A stretch of DNA of 59,844 nt from Candidatus Nomurabacteria bacterium RIFCSPLOWO2_01_FULL_39_18. Its GTDB lineage: Bacteria; Patescibacteriota; Minisyncoccia; Phycocordibacterales; UBA9973. A model generated the notes under the pieces. That model saw nothing but the letters and a program-made list of their open reading frames with translations, did no database searches and was not told the DNA's origin. The stretch is from contig MFUV01000009.1 of the NCBI GenBank assembly GCA_001787005.1, forward strand, positions 1,929-61,772. The letters are read 5' to 3'. This document shows positions 49,240 through 57,938 of the stretch, piece by piece (position 1 is the stretch's first letter; each line of letters begins with the position of its first letter). The position numbers were made by a program, and so were the translations under genes.

Positions 49240-51885
49240 TTATTGGCAACCTTCACATAATAACGCGTCTTGCGGATCTTCGGAGATATGAATTTTTAGT
49301 TCTGGAGTTGTTTCCGCTTTTGATATTTGAGAAATAGTCGCGGAAACATTTTGTGTAGGGGTTACCGTTTCGGGAACTTTATTTTCTATTATTCTCATAC
49401 TTATAATTCCAGAAACGGGGGCAGGGGACGAAGTTATTATTTCACCTTCCTTTTTTTCTCCTACTGGTTGTTGTTTATCTCGAAGTACCGCAAAACCTCT
49501 CTTGCCCAGCGCTTCTGCCTTGTTCACTGTGGTTGTAGATTGCTCAGCCGAATGGCGTGGCTTCATGTGCAGATAGTAGGTTGTCTTCAGTCCCTTATCC
49601 CAAGCAGTGGTATAAATATTCATAATTTCATTTATATCGCGAACTTCTAGATACATGTTACGGGAAATTCCCATATCAACCCATTTCTGCGCTCGAGCAG
49701 CTACTTCCACGTAGGCATAAGGAGAAACAGAAAAAGATGTTTTGTAAATTTTCTTAATATGATCAGGGATCTCGGCGATACTCTCGATGTCACCATGATT
49801 TTCAAGTATTGTCTCTCGGGTTCTTTCCCAGAGGTTTTCTGCCTTTAGCGCTTCCATTAAATTTCCATTTACTTCGAGATATTTTCCGGATATTTTATTT
49901 CTAGAAAACATTTGCGTAAATCTCGGATCAATACCAGGAGAAGTTCCAGCCACCAGCCCAATATTCGCATTCGGAGCTATGGCCAGGAGAGTGGCATTGC
50001 GTATTCCGCGTTTAACTTTTCTGCGAACAGAATCCCAGTCAAGGAGTGGAAGCAATTTAGCGGATTCTTTTTTAACAGTCAACTCGCGTTCTCGGTCGGC
50101 TTCAAGTTTTTTAATTGTATCTATAGGAACTTCTCCCTTTGACCAGCCCGAACCCTTGAAATTATTATATGTTCCGCGTTCTTCTGCTAAATTTGCAGAT
50201 TCATCGATGGCCATATAGGAAATGAATTCAAAAATTTGATCAGCAAAATCATAAGCCTCATTGTCTTCATATGAATATCCAAGCTGTTCAATGGAGTCAG
50301 CAAATCCCATCAACCCCAAGCCTACCGCTCTGTTTTCATTATCAGCGCGCTTGGCCTCAGGTATTGGGAGTTCATTAATATCAATCAAGTTATCGAGCTG
50401 GCGGGTTGCCAGACGGACAGATTCTTCCAATCTGTGCCAATCTACCTGCCCATTTACTATGTGTCGTGCCATGTTGATCGAAACTAGGTTACAAACTGCC
50501 ACATTTCCTCTGTCTGTCGGCAGAGTTACTTCTGTACAAAGGTTGGAACAATGAATAGTACCAGTATTGTTATTTAATGCGCGGACGTTTATTGCGTCTT
50601 TCCAAGTAAGCCAAGGGTGGGAGGTTGTTTCGAGCGAAACTAGGATGTTCTTGTATTGTTGGCGGGCAGGAATGACGTTATACATTTTCATCTTTCCTTG
50701 TTTCGCCAATCCCACATACTCATTGTATCTTTTCGAAAACTCTTTTCCCACAAGTTCGTTTAAATCTTTGACTTCATTTGGATCAAACAGATACCATTCA
50801 TCATTTTCCAATACTCGCTTCATGAATTCATCAGATATAAATACCGCAGTGTTGGCAGTTCTGGTTCTTCTGTAATCGTCTCCATTGTTTTGTTTTAAAT
50901 CTAAAAAGTCTTGAAAATTTAAATGCCAGTTTTCCATATAAAAACAAAGCGCGCCCTTTTTCTTCCCGCCTCGTTGCACTGAACGTACAGCTGAGTCTAT
51001 TATGTGCATGAAAGGTATAGGACCAGAAGAGAGAGTGTTGTTTGATTTTAAAACTGATCCCTCTGAGCGAAGTTTGGTGACTGAAAGTCCAATCCCACCA
51101 GTTGCTTTTGATAGAAGCAGTACATCCGAAACAGTTTTACCGATGTGTTCCATGTCATCCTGAATCTCCATTAGAAAACAATTTGAAAGTTTGGGATGCG
51201 GTGTGCCCGCTCCGATGTTCGAACTTCCCGCAGAAAGATATTCCAGTTTAGACATTTTTTCATAAAACTTTTTTGCCCACATCGTGGGTTCTTCTTCATT
51301 CAAAGACATGCCCATGGCGACTCTCATCCAAAAATATTGCGGTGTCTCGAGCGGGGCCTGGTTCTCGTTTTTCATTAAGTAACGATTCTGCATCGTAGAG
51401 AGACCAGAATATTTGTAAAGTTCATCATTTTCTATTCTTAAACTTAAAGCCAAATCATCCAAGTCAAAAGTTGTTGCCATTCTGCTGTCGAGCAATTTAT
51501 TCTCGACTGCATTTAAGACATATTCTTTGAAATGTGTATTGTGGAGTTTGATAAATTCTTCTTTAGTCAGGACCTTGCTTTCATCATTGTCGTAGTCTCC
51601 GATGACTTTTTTATAAATATTCTTAAGAAGCAGGCGGGTTGCTATCTTGTCGAACTCCATGCCGTACTGAGCGTTCTGCAGAGCAGCATTTATGGTGGCC
51701 GCATCCATCTCTTCGGTAGTAATGCCGTCGTAGAGGGTGAGTCTCGTCTCTGTTGCTATCTGGATGACCTTGCTTATGGGGTCCTGTATTCCGTAGCAAG
51801 CTCTCTCAATGGATTTATTTATTCGGTCAGCGTTGAAGGGTGCCTTTGTCCCGTCTCTTTTCGTAATTGTAAGCGTCATAGGCAT
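49240..51885 (-). CDS. nrdA: Ribonucleotide reductase class I alpha subunit
   Basis: Has an ATP-cone (ITKRDGTKAPFNADRI), the catalytic NLCTEV and a C-terminal CEGCQ pair. The start could be the second ATG (51879), which lies 8 nt after a TATAAT box. Confidence 0.92.
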   Translation of the reverse strand: MPMTLTITKRDGTKAPFNADRINKSIERACYGIQDPISKVIQIATETRLTLYDGITTEEMDAATINAALQNAQYGMEFDKIATRLLLKNIYKKVIGDYDNDESKVLTKEEFIKLHNTHFKEYVLNAVENKLLDSRMATTFDLDDLALSLRIENDELYKYSGLSTMQNRYLMKNENQAPLETPQYFWMRVAMGMSLNEEEPTMWAKKFYEKMSKLEYLSAGSSNIGAGTPHPKLSNCFLMEIQDDMEHIGKTVSDVLLLSKATGGIGLSVTKLRSEGSVLKSNNTLSSGPIPFMHIIDSAVRSVQRGGKKKGALCFYMENWHLNFQDFLDLKQNNGDDYRRTRTANTAVFISDEFMKRVLENDEWYLFDPNEVKDLNELVGKEFSKRYNEYVGLAKQGKMKMYNVIPARQQYKNILVSLETTSHPWLTWKDAINVRALNNNTGTIHCSNLCTEVTLPTDRGNVAVCNLVSINMARHIVNGQVDWHRLEESVRLATRQLDNLIDINELPIPEAKRADNENRAVGLGLMGFADSIEQLGYSYEDNEAYDFADQIFEFISYMAIDESANLAEERGTYNNFKGSGWSKGEVPIDTIKKLEADRERELTVKKESAKLLPLLDWDSVRRKVKRGIRNATLLAIAPNANIGLVAGTSPGIDPRFTQMFSRNKISGKYLEVNGNLMEALKAENLWERTRETILENHGDIESIAEIPDHIKKIYKTSFSVSPYAYVEVAARAQKWVDMGISRNMYLEVRDINEIMNIYTTAWDKGLKTTYYLHMKPRHSAEQSTTTVNKAEALGKRGFAVLRDKQQPVGEKKEGEIITSSPAPVSGIISMRIIENKVPETVTPTQNVSATISQISKAETTPELKIHISEDPQDALLCEGCQ

Positions 51886-51996
51886 ACATTATACTCTAAT
51901 TTAAAATGGAAGAGCAAGTTTATTTCTCAAAAACTATCACAACAGAAAGTTATTGTAAGCTCGTCAATATGGGGTCTTAAAAATCCTTTAGAATTT

Positions 51997-52005
51997 TGGT
52001 ATAAT
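51997..52005 (+). promoter_or_regulatory. Extended -10 (TGgTATAAT), 6 nt before the ATG at 52012
   Basis: Motif and spacing were read directly. Confidence 0.5.
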
Positions 52006-52011
52006 ACCCCT

Positions 52012-52449
52012 ATGTCGGAGAAAAATAGACAAACTAGGATAATGGTTTTTGGAACTTTCGATGGATTACACAGGGGACACATCAATTTTTTAAAACAAGC
52101 AAAAAAATTATCCTCCGAGAGTTTTTTAGTAGTTTCTGTCGCGCGAGATCAGAATGTAATCAAGATAAAAGGAGTGCCGGTGTCGTTAAATGAGAAAAAA
52201 AGAAAAATTTTAGTTCAAAAATGCAAGCTAGCTGACAAAGTGATTCTCTCTGGAATCAAAAATCATATTCCACATATAGTGAAAGAAAAACCAGACATAA
52301 TTGCCCTAGGTTACGATCAAAAAGCTTACGTTAAAAATCTGAAAAAAGACTTAAAAAATAAAGGTCTTTCTGTTAAAATAGTTCGCTTAAAATCTTACAG
52401 GGAAAAAATTTATAAAAATCACTTGCTAAAAACGAAAAGGCGAATATAA
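52012..52449 (+). CDS. Cytidylyl/adenylyltransferase-like protein (RibL/TagD-like nucleotidyltransferase)
   Basis: Has VFGTFDGLHRGHINFL (HxGH). The long ORF-track N-terminal extension is antisense to nrdA and was discarded. Confidence 0.65.
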   Translation: MSEKNRQTRIMVFGTFDGLHRGHINFLKQAKKLSSESFLVVSVARDQNVIKIKGVPVSLNEKKRKILVQKCKLADKVILSGIKNHIPHIVKEKPDIIALGYDQKAYVKNLKKDLKNKGLSVKIVRLKSYREKIYKNHLLKTKRRI

Positions 52450-52458
52450 TGGATAATT

Positions 52459-53844
52459 ATGCAAGAATTAGATCCAAATAAACTTCTTTCGAGTGAATGG
52501 CCAGACGCAAAAAAAAATGTTCAGGCAACTAAAATTGATATCGAGTCAGAAAGTTTAATATCTCTCATAAAAAAAAGTTTTTCACAAAATAATTTTCTTC
52601 CTATTTTTCTGACAAATCTGTTTTCTTTATTTTTAATTTTTTTAATTGGATTTTGTTTAGTTTGGTATTTCCGAGCTCCACTCTTCGGATTTTTTGCGAA
52701 AGAATATTTGCAAGATATACAAAACCAAAATGGAGGTGAAAAAATTTCTTCAGGAATTTTCGAAGGACAGTCTGTTTTTTCAGAAGAACGATTGGTGGTT
52801 GACGCAGTCAAGAAAACAAGTCCGGCAGTCGTGTCTTTAGTTATTTCAAAAGAAGTTCCCAAATACGAAACTTATATCAATCCGAATAATCAGAATAATC
52901 CGTTCGGTAATTTGTTTCCAGGTTTTAATTTTAACTTTAACATTCCGCAATATCGCCAAAATGGAACTGAAATAAAAGAAATTGGCGGCGGGTCGGGATT
53001 TTTTGTTTCAGATGACGGATTAATTGTCACCAACAAGCATGTAGTTTTGCAAAAGGACGTCGAGTATACAGTTTTTACCAATGATGGTGAAAAACATGAA
53101 GCGAAAGTTATCGCGCGTGACCCGATTTTAGACATAGCTCTAATAAAAATCGAGGGGTCAGATTTCCCATTTCTTTCTCTAGGTAATTCTGACTCTATCG
53201 AGGTGGGGCAGAGCGTGATAGCCATTGGGAATGCATTGGCAGAATTTAGAAATACTGTCTCGGTGGGCGTTGTTTCTGGCCTGGCGCGCTCTATTACGGC
53301 CGGGGATAGTGCTGGGAACATAGAAGTTCTAGATAAAGTGATTCAAACTGATGCGGCCATCAATCCAGGCAATTCGGGCGGCCCATTGCTTGATCTCTCT
53401 GGAAAGGTAGTTGGCGTTAATGTCGCCGTGGCGCAAGGTTCGCAGAGTATTGGCTTCGCTCTGCCGATCAATAGCATCAAAAGCGCAATCGAATCAGTAA
53501 AGACAACAGGAAAAATCGTCAGACCATATATTGGCGTTCGGTATGTTGTTGTGAATACCGACATGAAAGAAAAAAACAATCTTGCTGTAGACTATGGGGT
53601 CTTGGTAAAGTCTGGGGTAAGTCAAAACGAGCTGGCAGTTATTCCAGGATCTCCTGCGGACAAAGCTGGTATCGTTGAGAATGACATAATTCTAGAAATT
53701 GATGGAGTCAAGCTGGATAATAAAACGAGTTTTGCCTCTATTGTTCGAGAAAAAAGCATTGGGCAAGTTGTTACTCTGAAAATTCTTCATCGGGGTGAAG
53801 AGAAAACTCTTTCTGTCACCCTCGAAGTAGCGAAAGATAATTAA
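52459..53844 (+). CDS. HtrA/DegP-family serine protease with a PDZ domain
   Basis: Has an N-terminal TM helix, the His/Asp/Ser triad context (TNKHVV, DIALIKI, GNSGGPLLD) and a C-terminal PDZ domain. Confidence 0.88.
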   Translation: MQELDPNKLLSSEWPDAKKNVQATKIDIESESLISLIKKSFSQNNFLPIFLTNLFSLFLIFLIGFCLVWYFRAPLFGFFAKEYLQDIQNQNGGEKISSGIFEGQSVFSEERLVVDAVKKTSPAVVSLVISKEVPKYETYINPNNQNNPFGNLFPGFNFNFNIPQYRQNGTEIKEIGGGSGFFVSDDGLIVTNKHVVLQKDVEYTVFTNDGEKHEAKVIARDPILDIALIKIEGSDFPFLSLGNSDSIEVGQSVIAIGNALAEFRNTVSVGVVSGLARSITAGDSAGNIEVLDKVIQTDAAINPGNSGGPLLDLSGKVVGVNVAVAQGSQSIGFALPINSIKSAIESVKTTGKIVRPYIGVRYVVVNTDMKEKNNLAVDYGVLVKSGVSQNELAVIPGSPADKAGIVENDIILEIDGVKLDNKTSFASIVREKSIGQVVTLKILHRGEEKTLSVTLEVAKDN

Positions 53845-53925
53845 CCACCATCCCGTCCAAATTAATTTAGGCACTTCTACTTAATAAGGAGGAAAGGGGC
53901 TTAGACCCTGTACTCTTTATTAAAA

Positions 53926-53944
53926 ACGGAAGCCTTGCTTCCGT
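53926..53944. repeat. Family-4 hairpin (ACGGAAGC-CTT-GCTTCCGT), 5' flank of the tyrosine transposase gene
   Basis: The 23-nt string AAAAACGGAAGCCTTGCTTCCGT (53922-53944) is repeated identically at 54662-54684. Confidence 0.8.
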
Positions 53945-53970
53945 CTCTTAGCTGGTATATAGTATATATT

Positions 53971-54663
53971 ATGTCTATAAGAAAAACCGATTTTATTAAA
54001 GGTGAGTATTATCATATATATAATAGAGGTAATAGTAAACAGAAAATTTTTCTAGATGATAAAGATCGAGAAAGATTTTTGAAACTCTTGTATCTTTGTA
54101 ACTCCAAACAAAGAATCGATTTTAGAGACGATATTGTAAAAAAGAAAATAAATGTTTGGGATTTTGAAAAAGGAGAATCAATAGTTAGTATTGGTGCCTG
54201 GGTTTTGATGCCAAATCATTTTCATTTATATCTTGCTCAAAAAACGGAAGCAAGGCTTCCGTCAGGTGGTGCGATTACTGATTTTCTACACAGGGTTCTG
54301 ACTGCTTACTCAAAGTATTTTAATGCTAAATATCACAGAACTGGTTCTTTATTTGAAGATAAGTTTAAATCTGTTCACATAAGTAAAGATAATCAGGCTA
54401 GATATCTATTTTCATATATACATCTTAATCCAGTAAAATTAATCAATTCAAAATGGAAAGAGCAGGGAATTAAAGAAAAAAATAAAACTCTAAACTTTTT
54501 GGATTCATATAAATGGAGTAGTTATTTTGATTATTTAGAAATTGTTCGACCAGAAAAAAGAATAATAAATAGGATTAATTTTTTAAACTGCTTCAAAACT
54601 AGGCGTGATTTTCAAAAAGAGATTTTCGATTGGATAAAAATCAAATCAGATAAAAACCAATAA
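53971..54663 (+). CDS. IS200/IS605-like Y1 (HUH) transposase of the REP-associated (RAYT) type
   Basis: Has YYHIYNRGN, the HUH motif PNHFHLYL, YFNAKYHRTGSLFEDKFKS and the catalytic Tyr context YIHLNPVK. Confidence 0.8.
   Translation: MSIRKTDFIKGEYYHIYNRGNSKQKIFLDDKDRERFLKLLYLCNSKQRIDFRDDIVKKKINVWDFEKGESIVSIGAWVLMPNHFHLYLAQKTEARLPSGGAITDFLHRVLTAYSKYFNAKYHRTGSLFEDKFKSVHISKDNQARYLFSYIHLNPVKLINSKWKEQGIKEKNKTLNFLDSYKWSSYFDYLEIVRPEKRIINRINFLNCFKTRRDFQKEIFDWIKIKSDKNQ
54244..54262. repeat. Family-4 hairpin, inverted copy inside the transposase ORF
   Basis: ACGGAAGC-AAG-GCTTCCGT is the exact reverse complement of the flanking hairpins. It encodes part of KTEARLPSG. Confidence 0.8.
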
Positions 54664-54665
54664 AA

Positions 54666-54684
54666 ACGGAAGCCTTGCTTCCGT
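54666..54684. repeat. Family-4 hairpin, 3' flank of the transposase gene
   Basis: Identical to 53926-53944 and begins 3 nt after the stop codon. Confidence 0.8.
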
Positions 54685-54762
54685 TTTTGAAAGAGGATTA
54701 CACTTCACTCGAAATAAATTTCGGGTACTTCTCCTTGTGGAGGAGGGTCTGGGTGGTGATTC

Positions 54763-55911
54763 CTATATATCCCCCTTCCTAATAGTGGACGAAAGGTAAA
54801 CCCCGTAGAGCATGAGGGCGCAGAGGACCAGGTAGATAAAGTTGAACGGAACAAAAAGAAAGATAAAAGAAGCAAGGAGGGGACCCAGGATATAAGAGAG
54901 TGGCGCGGTGCTCCGGTAAACCCCAATGTATTGCTCATTCTCAGGTTTAATGTGTTTGAAAAAATAAGCATCACTCATTACTTCAATGATGGACGCCCCG
55001 ACGCGCGAGAACAGGAGAAGAATTGTCCAAATTATTATGCCACCATTTGCTTTGAAAAATATTGCGAGCGTGGCAAAACCAGCGACTAAAAATCCAACCA
55101 TGAGCATTTTTCGCTCACCAAATGTGTCACCATATTTTCCCAAGTGAAATGGCAAAACAAGAAAAGGAATGAGCATGATCGCAAACATAATTCCAATCTG
55201 GTTCCAGGAAAAACCCAAGTGAATGGAGAGATAAATAGTGGTATAAATTATCATCCAAGAGTAAAAAATCTGTAAGAGTAAATTGATACCATAGGCCCTC
55301 AGTAAATTTTTTTTCTTAAAAAATTCTTTGATAAATCTCACATGAGTCACTTTGTCGTATTCGGGCTCGGGAGCATTACGGAAGATGAAGATTGATACAA
55401 GAAGAAAGAAAGCAGTCAGGAGCGAGCTTGCTAAATAAACACTCGCGAATGATTTTGATCCCCAATAAAGCCAAACTGAAAGCTGTGTTAGGATGAATGC
55501 AACATGAGTGACGATGAGCACAATGCCGCGTACGCGGCCAAGCCAGCTATTTTTAGAAAAAATTTTTAAAAATTCGTCGAGCGCGAACGACACCAAAATA
55601 TTTAGCGAAAAACCCAGCACAAAGACAGTCGAGATCCAAAGCATCCCGCGAGTTTTGGCAAGTATGAAAAAATAAATAACGTCAAGCGCCGCGACCCAAA
55701 TTAAAAATTTATACGCGCCGATACGTCTAAAAATTATCGGAACGAAAGAGAGAACCGCCAGTGAGCTGATCGAGCCCAAAGTATAAAGCAAACCAACAAA
55801 CTTTTCACCCACCGTGGCCGTGATAAAACTCGAATTAATATAGTGAGTGAGGGCAAAGGGGACGGAGGAGAGAAAAACCGCCCAATATATTATTTTTCTA
55901 TTATTTTTCAT
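54763..55911 (-). CDS. MFS transporter
   Basis: 382 aa with about 12 TM helices. The loop motif GRVRG is similar to the MFS signature. Confidence 0.7.
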   Translation of the reverse strand: MKNNRKIIYWAVFLSSVPFALTHYINSSFITATVGEKFVGLLYTLGSISSLAVLSFVPIIFRRIGAYKFLIWVAALDVIYFFILAKTRGMLWISTVFVLGFSLNILVSFALDEFLKIFSKNSWLGRVRGIVLIVTHVAFILTQLSVWLYWGSKSFASVYLASSLLTAFFLLVSIFIFRNAPEPEYDKVTHVRFIKEFFKKKNLLRAYGINLLLQIFYSWMIIYTTIYLSIHLGFSWNQIGIMFAIMLIPFLVLPFHLGKYGDTFGERKMLMVGFLVAGFATLAIFFKANGGIIIWTILLLFSRVGASIIEVMSDAYFFKHIKPENEQYIGVYRSTAPLSYILGPLLASFIFLFVPFNFIYLVLCALMLYGVYLSSTIRKGDI

Positions 55912-55963
55912 GATTCTATTTTATCACCATGACCCTGAATTTATTTGAATGGGTCATATCGCA

Positions 55964-57934
55964 TCATACGCTCAATATCACCGGTATGACCAAGGGCCTC
56001 TTGGCCGTTTTCTGATACAAGAATTTTGAGATATTTTCACCCAAATTCGCTTTTATGTGGTCAAAGTCCACCCCGTTTCCGGACATTTTTAAATTCACAT
56101 CCTCAATTGATTTTTTTATTATTATTCTGACTTGACGCAAGAGTTCTTGATTTTCTTTTAAATAAACGAATCCGCGGGAAATCAAATCCGGAGATTTTTT
56201 CAATTTTCCGGTTTTTTGATCTATTAGTGCAATGACGACAAACATCCCATCCTGCGCTAGCATCACACGATCGCGAATGACCACGTCTTGGGTGTCACTA
56301 ATAGAGACGCCGTCCACCATCATGATGCCACTAGGAGCTTTTTCTTTACGCAGAGTCATTTTCTGTCCGTCATTTGAAATTTCAATAATAGAACCATTGT
56401 CCGGAACAATAATATTTTCTTCTGACATTCCGAGTTCCATTGCCAGCTCCTTATGCAGTACCAAGCGATAATGATTTCCATGAATCGGGATGAAGAATTT
56501 TGGATGTGTTTTTCTATGCAGCCATTTGATATCTTCTTGATTGCCGTGTCCCGTAGCGTGTACGAAGTCTTCACCGGCTGTTCGATAACTTATTATTCGT
56601 ACTCCTTGTCTGGTCAGGCCATCTTTCATCTTCTCTACCGCTCTTTCATTTCCGGGAACGATGGAAGCGGAGAGTATGATCGTATCTCCCCTCTGAAGTG
56701 AAAACTTTGTGTGAGTTTTATTGGCGGCCCTGTTGAGCGCCGCAAACTCTTCACCTTGCGCGCCAGTCATCAGCACGACAACTTTATTTGGCGGATAATT
56801 ATTTACTTCCTCTATTGGTATGAGAGTGTTCTTTTTTGGGGAAAAGAGTCCGGCTTCAATTGCCACTTCGATATTTGTTCTCATCGAACGTCCATCCAGT
56901 GCTATTTTTTTACCCAAAGCTTCGGCTACCTTGACCACATGCGCGAGTCTGGTGATGTGGGAAGCGAAAGCGGCAATAATTATTCTACCGCTTACTTTTT
57001 TTATCAAATTTTCGAGTCCTTGATGCACTTTTATCTCTGGCAGGGAAAAGCCCTCGTTTTCAATATTAGTTGAGTCGGTCAAGAGAAGAAGAACTTTCGC
57101 TTTGTCAAAAATAGAATATTCCGCTTCTTCTTCTTTTGAAACGATTCCGTCAATCTGGTCGAGCTTGTAATCTCCCGGGGTAACAATCCATCCATGTTCG
57201 GTCTCTATGATTATTCCCATCGAATCTGGGATGGTGTGGGTCACTCCAAAAAACCTGATTTTTATTTTTCCGCAAGTTATTGTTGAATCTTTTTCAACTA
57301 TATGTTCGTTTACTTTCGGCAGATGCGGGAATTCTGCTTGGCGCTTTCTCATCATTAAGATAGAAAGATTTCTTGAATATACTGGAGGGTTTCCAATGCG
57401 AGAGAGTACCAGCGGGACACCTCCAATATGGTCTAAGTGTCCATGGGTTATAATAAGCGCGCGCACTTTTTCCTTGCGTTCTTCAAGATATGTCGTATTT
57501 GGAATTACATAATCCACTCCCGGTGTTTCTTCGTTAGAAAAATGCATACCAGCATCAATGACGACAATATCTTCCCCGATTTCTATTGCGGTCATGTTCT
57601 TGCCGATCTCTTCTGTTCCTCCCAAGGGGATTATGCGAATCACTCCTTTTTCTACTGGAGGAATTTTCATTGCGTTTAAGTTTTTATTTTGTGTTTGGGC
57701 GCCGAATGATTTTGATCTTCTGTTTTGTCCCTTACCAAACTTAGAATACTGGTAAGTAGAACTTTTCATCATTCTTTTCTTGTCTCCTCCCTGACGTCTT
57801 CCACCAGGAGTGTTTTGTCTGCTCAAATCGCGCGTAGCTTCATCACGAACGGGCATAATGTTCTTAGCAAGAGAATTTTCTTCATTTTTATTTTCAATGC
57901 TGATAGAACTGAAAGATAGTCTTGTTTTTTTCAT
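55964..57934 (-). CDS. rnj: Ribonuclease J with a ~95-aa basic N-terminal extension
   Basis: Has the metallo-beta-lactamase motif ITHGHLDHIGG, a beta-CASP region and IRIIPLGGTEEIGKNM. The true start is uncertain. Confidence 0.85.
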   Translation of the reverse strand: MKKTRLSFSSISIENKNEENSLAKNIMPVRDEATRDLSRQNTPGGRRQGGDKKRMMKSSTYQYSKFGKGQNRRSKSFGAQTQNKNLNAMKIPPVEKGVIRIIPLGGTEEIGKNMTAIEIGEDIVVIDAGMHFSNEETPGVDYVIPNTTYLEERKEKVRALIITHGHLDHIGGVPLVLSRIGNPPVYSRNLSILMMRKRQAEFPHLPKVNEHIVEKDSTITCGKIKIRFFGVTHTIPDSMGIIIETEHGWIVTPGDYKLDQIDGIVSKEEEAEYSIFDKAKVLLLLTDSTNIENEGFSLPEIKVHQGLENLIKKVSGRIIIAAFASHITRLAHVVKVAEALGKKIALDGRSMRTNIEVAIEAGLFSPKKNTLIPIEEVNNYPPNKVVVLMTGAQGEEFAALNRAANKTHTKFSLQRGDTIILSASIVPGNERAVEKMKDGLTRQGVRIISYRTAGEDFVHATGHGNQEDIKWLHRKTHPKFFIPIHGNHYRLVLHKELAMELGMSEENIIVPDNGSIIEISNDGQKMTLRKEKAPSGIMMVDGVSISDTQDVVIRDRVMLAQDGMFVVIALIDQKTGKLKKSPDLISRGFVYLKENQELLRQVRIIIKKSIEDVNLKMSGNGVDFDHIKANLGENISKFLYQKTAKRPLVIPVILSV

Positions 57935-57938
57935 TTTT

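Noticed and set aside
51532-52011. 160-codon N-terminal extension of the nucleotidyltransferase ORF
   Set aside because: It is antisense to the nrdA 5' region. The conserved HxGH protein begins at the ATG at 52012, which has its own TGgTATAAT box 6 nt upstream.
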